NCBI RefSeq assembly: GCF_006345805.1
Contig: NC_043001.1
Location: 4,340,001 to 4,404,000 of the forward strand
Reading direction: 5' to 3'
Length of the DNA: 64,000 bases
Source of the DNA: Octopus sinensis
Taxonomy: Eukaryota
Shown here: positions 63,969 to 64,000 of the stretch, piece after piece
Position numbering within the stretch: position 1 is the stretch's first letter
Layout of the letters: the number at the start of each line of letters is the position of its first letter
The notes under the pieces: model-generated
The model's input: only the letters and a program-made list of their open reading frames with translations
Databases searched by the model: none
What the model was told of the DNA's origin: nothing
Made by a program: the position numbers and the translations under genes

Positions 63969-64000
<32 letters not shown>
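61745..64000. repeat. Long degenerate (TA)n/(TATC) microsatellite interrupted by a LINE fragment
   Basis: Seen directly. The irregular phase may partly reflect sequencing noise. Confidence 0.95.
62345..62914 (+). mobile_element. 5'-truncated CR1/L2-group LINE 3' end inserted in (TA)n
   Basis: MQNVSYWERLKRLKLYSLERRRERYAIIYIWKILEG...PQLFNILP...VPDEP...RAAASNSL; tail ccagcatggccacagctcataagctgaaac plus (aatc)n. Confidence 0.85.

Overview
Very AT-rich, microsatellite-saturated eukaryotic non-coding DNA. The SINE families and the (TA)n/(CA)n/(AAT)n/(TATC)n density suggest an octopus or other cephalopod genome (inference from recall, no search run). I found no credible host-gene exon; almost all ORFs in the track are microsatellite translations. 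The window holds decayed transposons: L1/Tx1, RTE, R4/Dong-like and CR1/L2-like LINEs, Tc1/mariner remnants, two non-autonomous Helitrons, several tRNA-SINE families and a truncated Penelope (GIY-YIG) element. The main signal is a set of hammerhead-ribozyme (HHR) retroelements, mostly embedded in microsatellites. (1) A 5.8-kb array (35864-41657) of about 12 near-identical 474-bp non-coding units, each with a type I HHR, switches orientation at about 38170-38195 and forms a giant inverted repeat (retrozyme-like). (2) Diverged relatives at 53187-53783 and 54658-55119 have fully covarying HHR stems. (3) A Penelope terminal repeat begins with a tRNA-derived Pol III head followed by (AAT)n and an HHR, and also occurs as solo SINE-like copies. 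(4) Several foldback elements have inversion points in or next to HHR cores. All structures were read by eye; ribozyme activity is not demonstrated.
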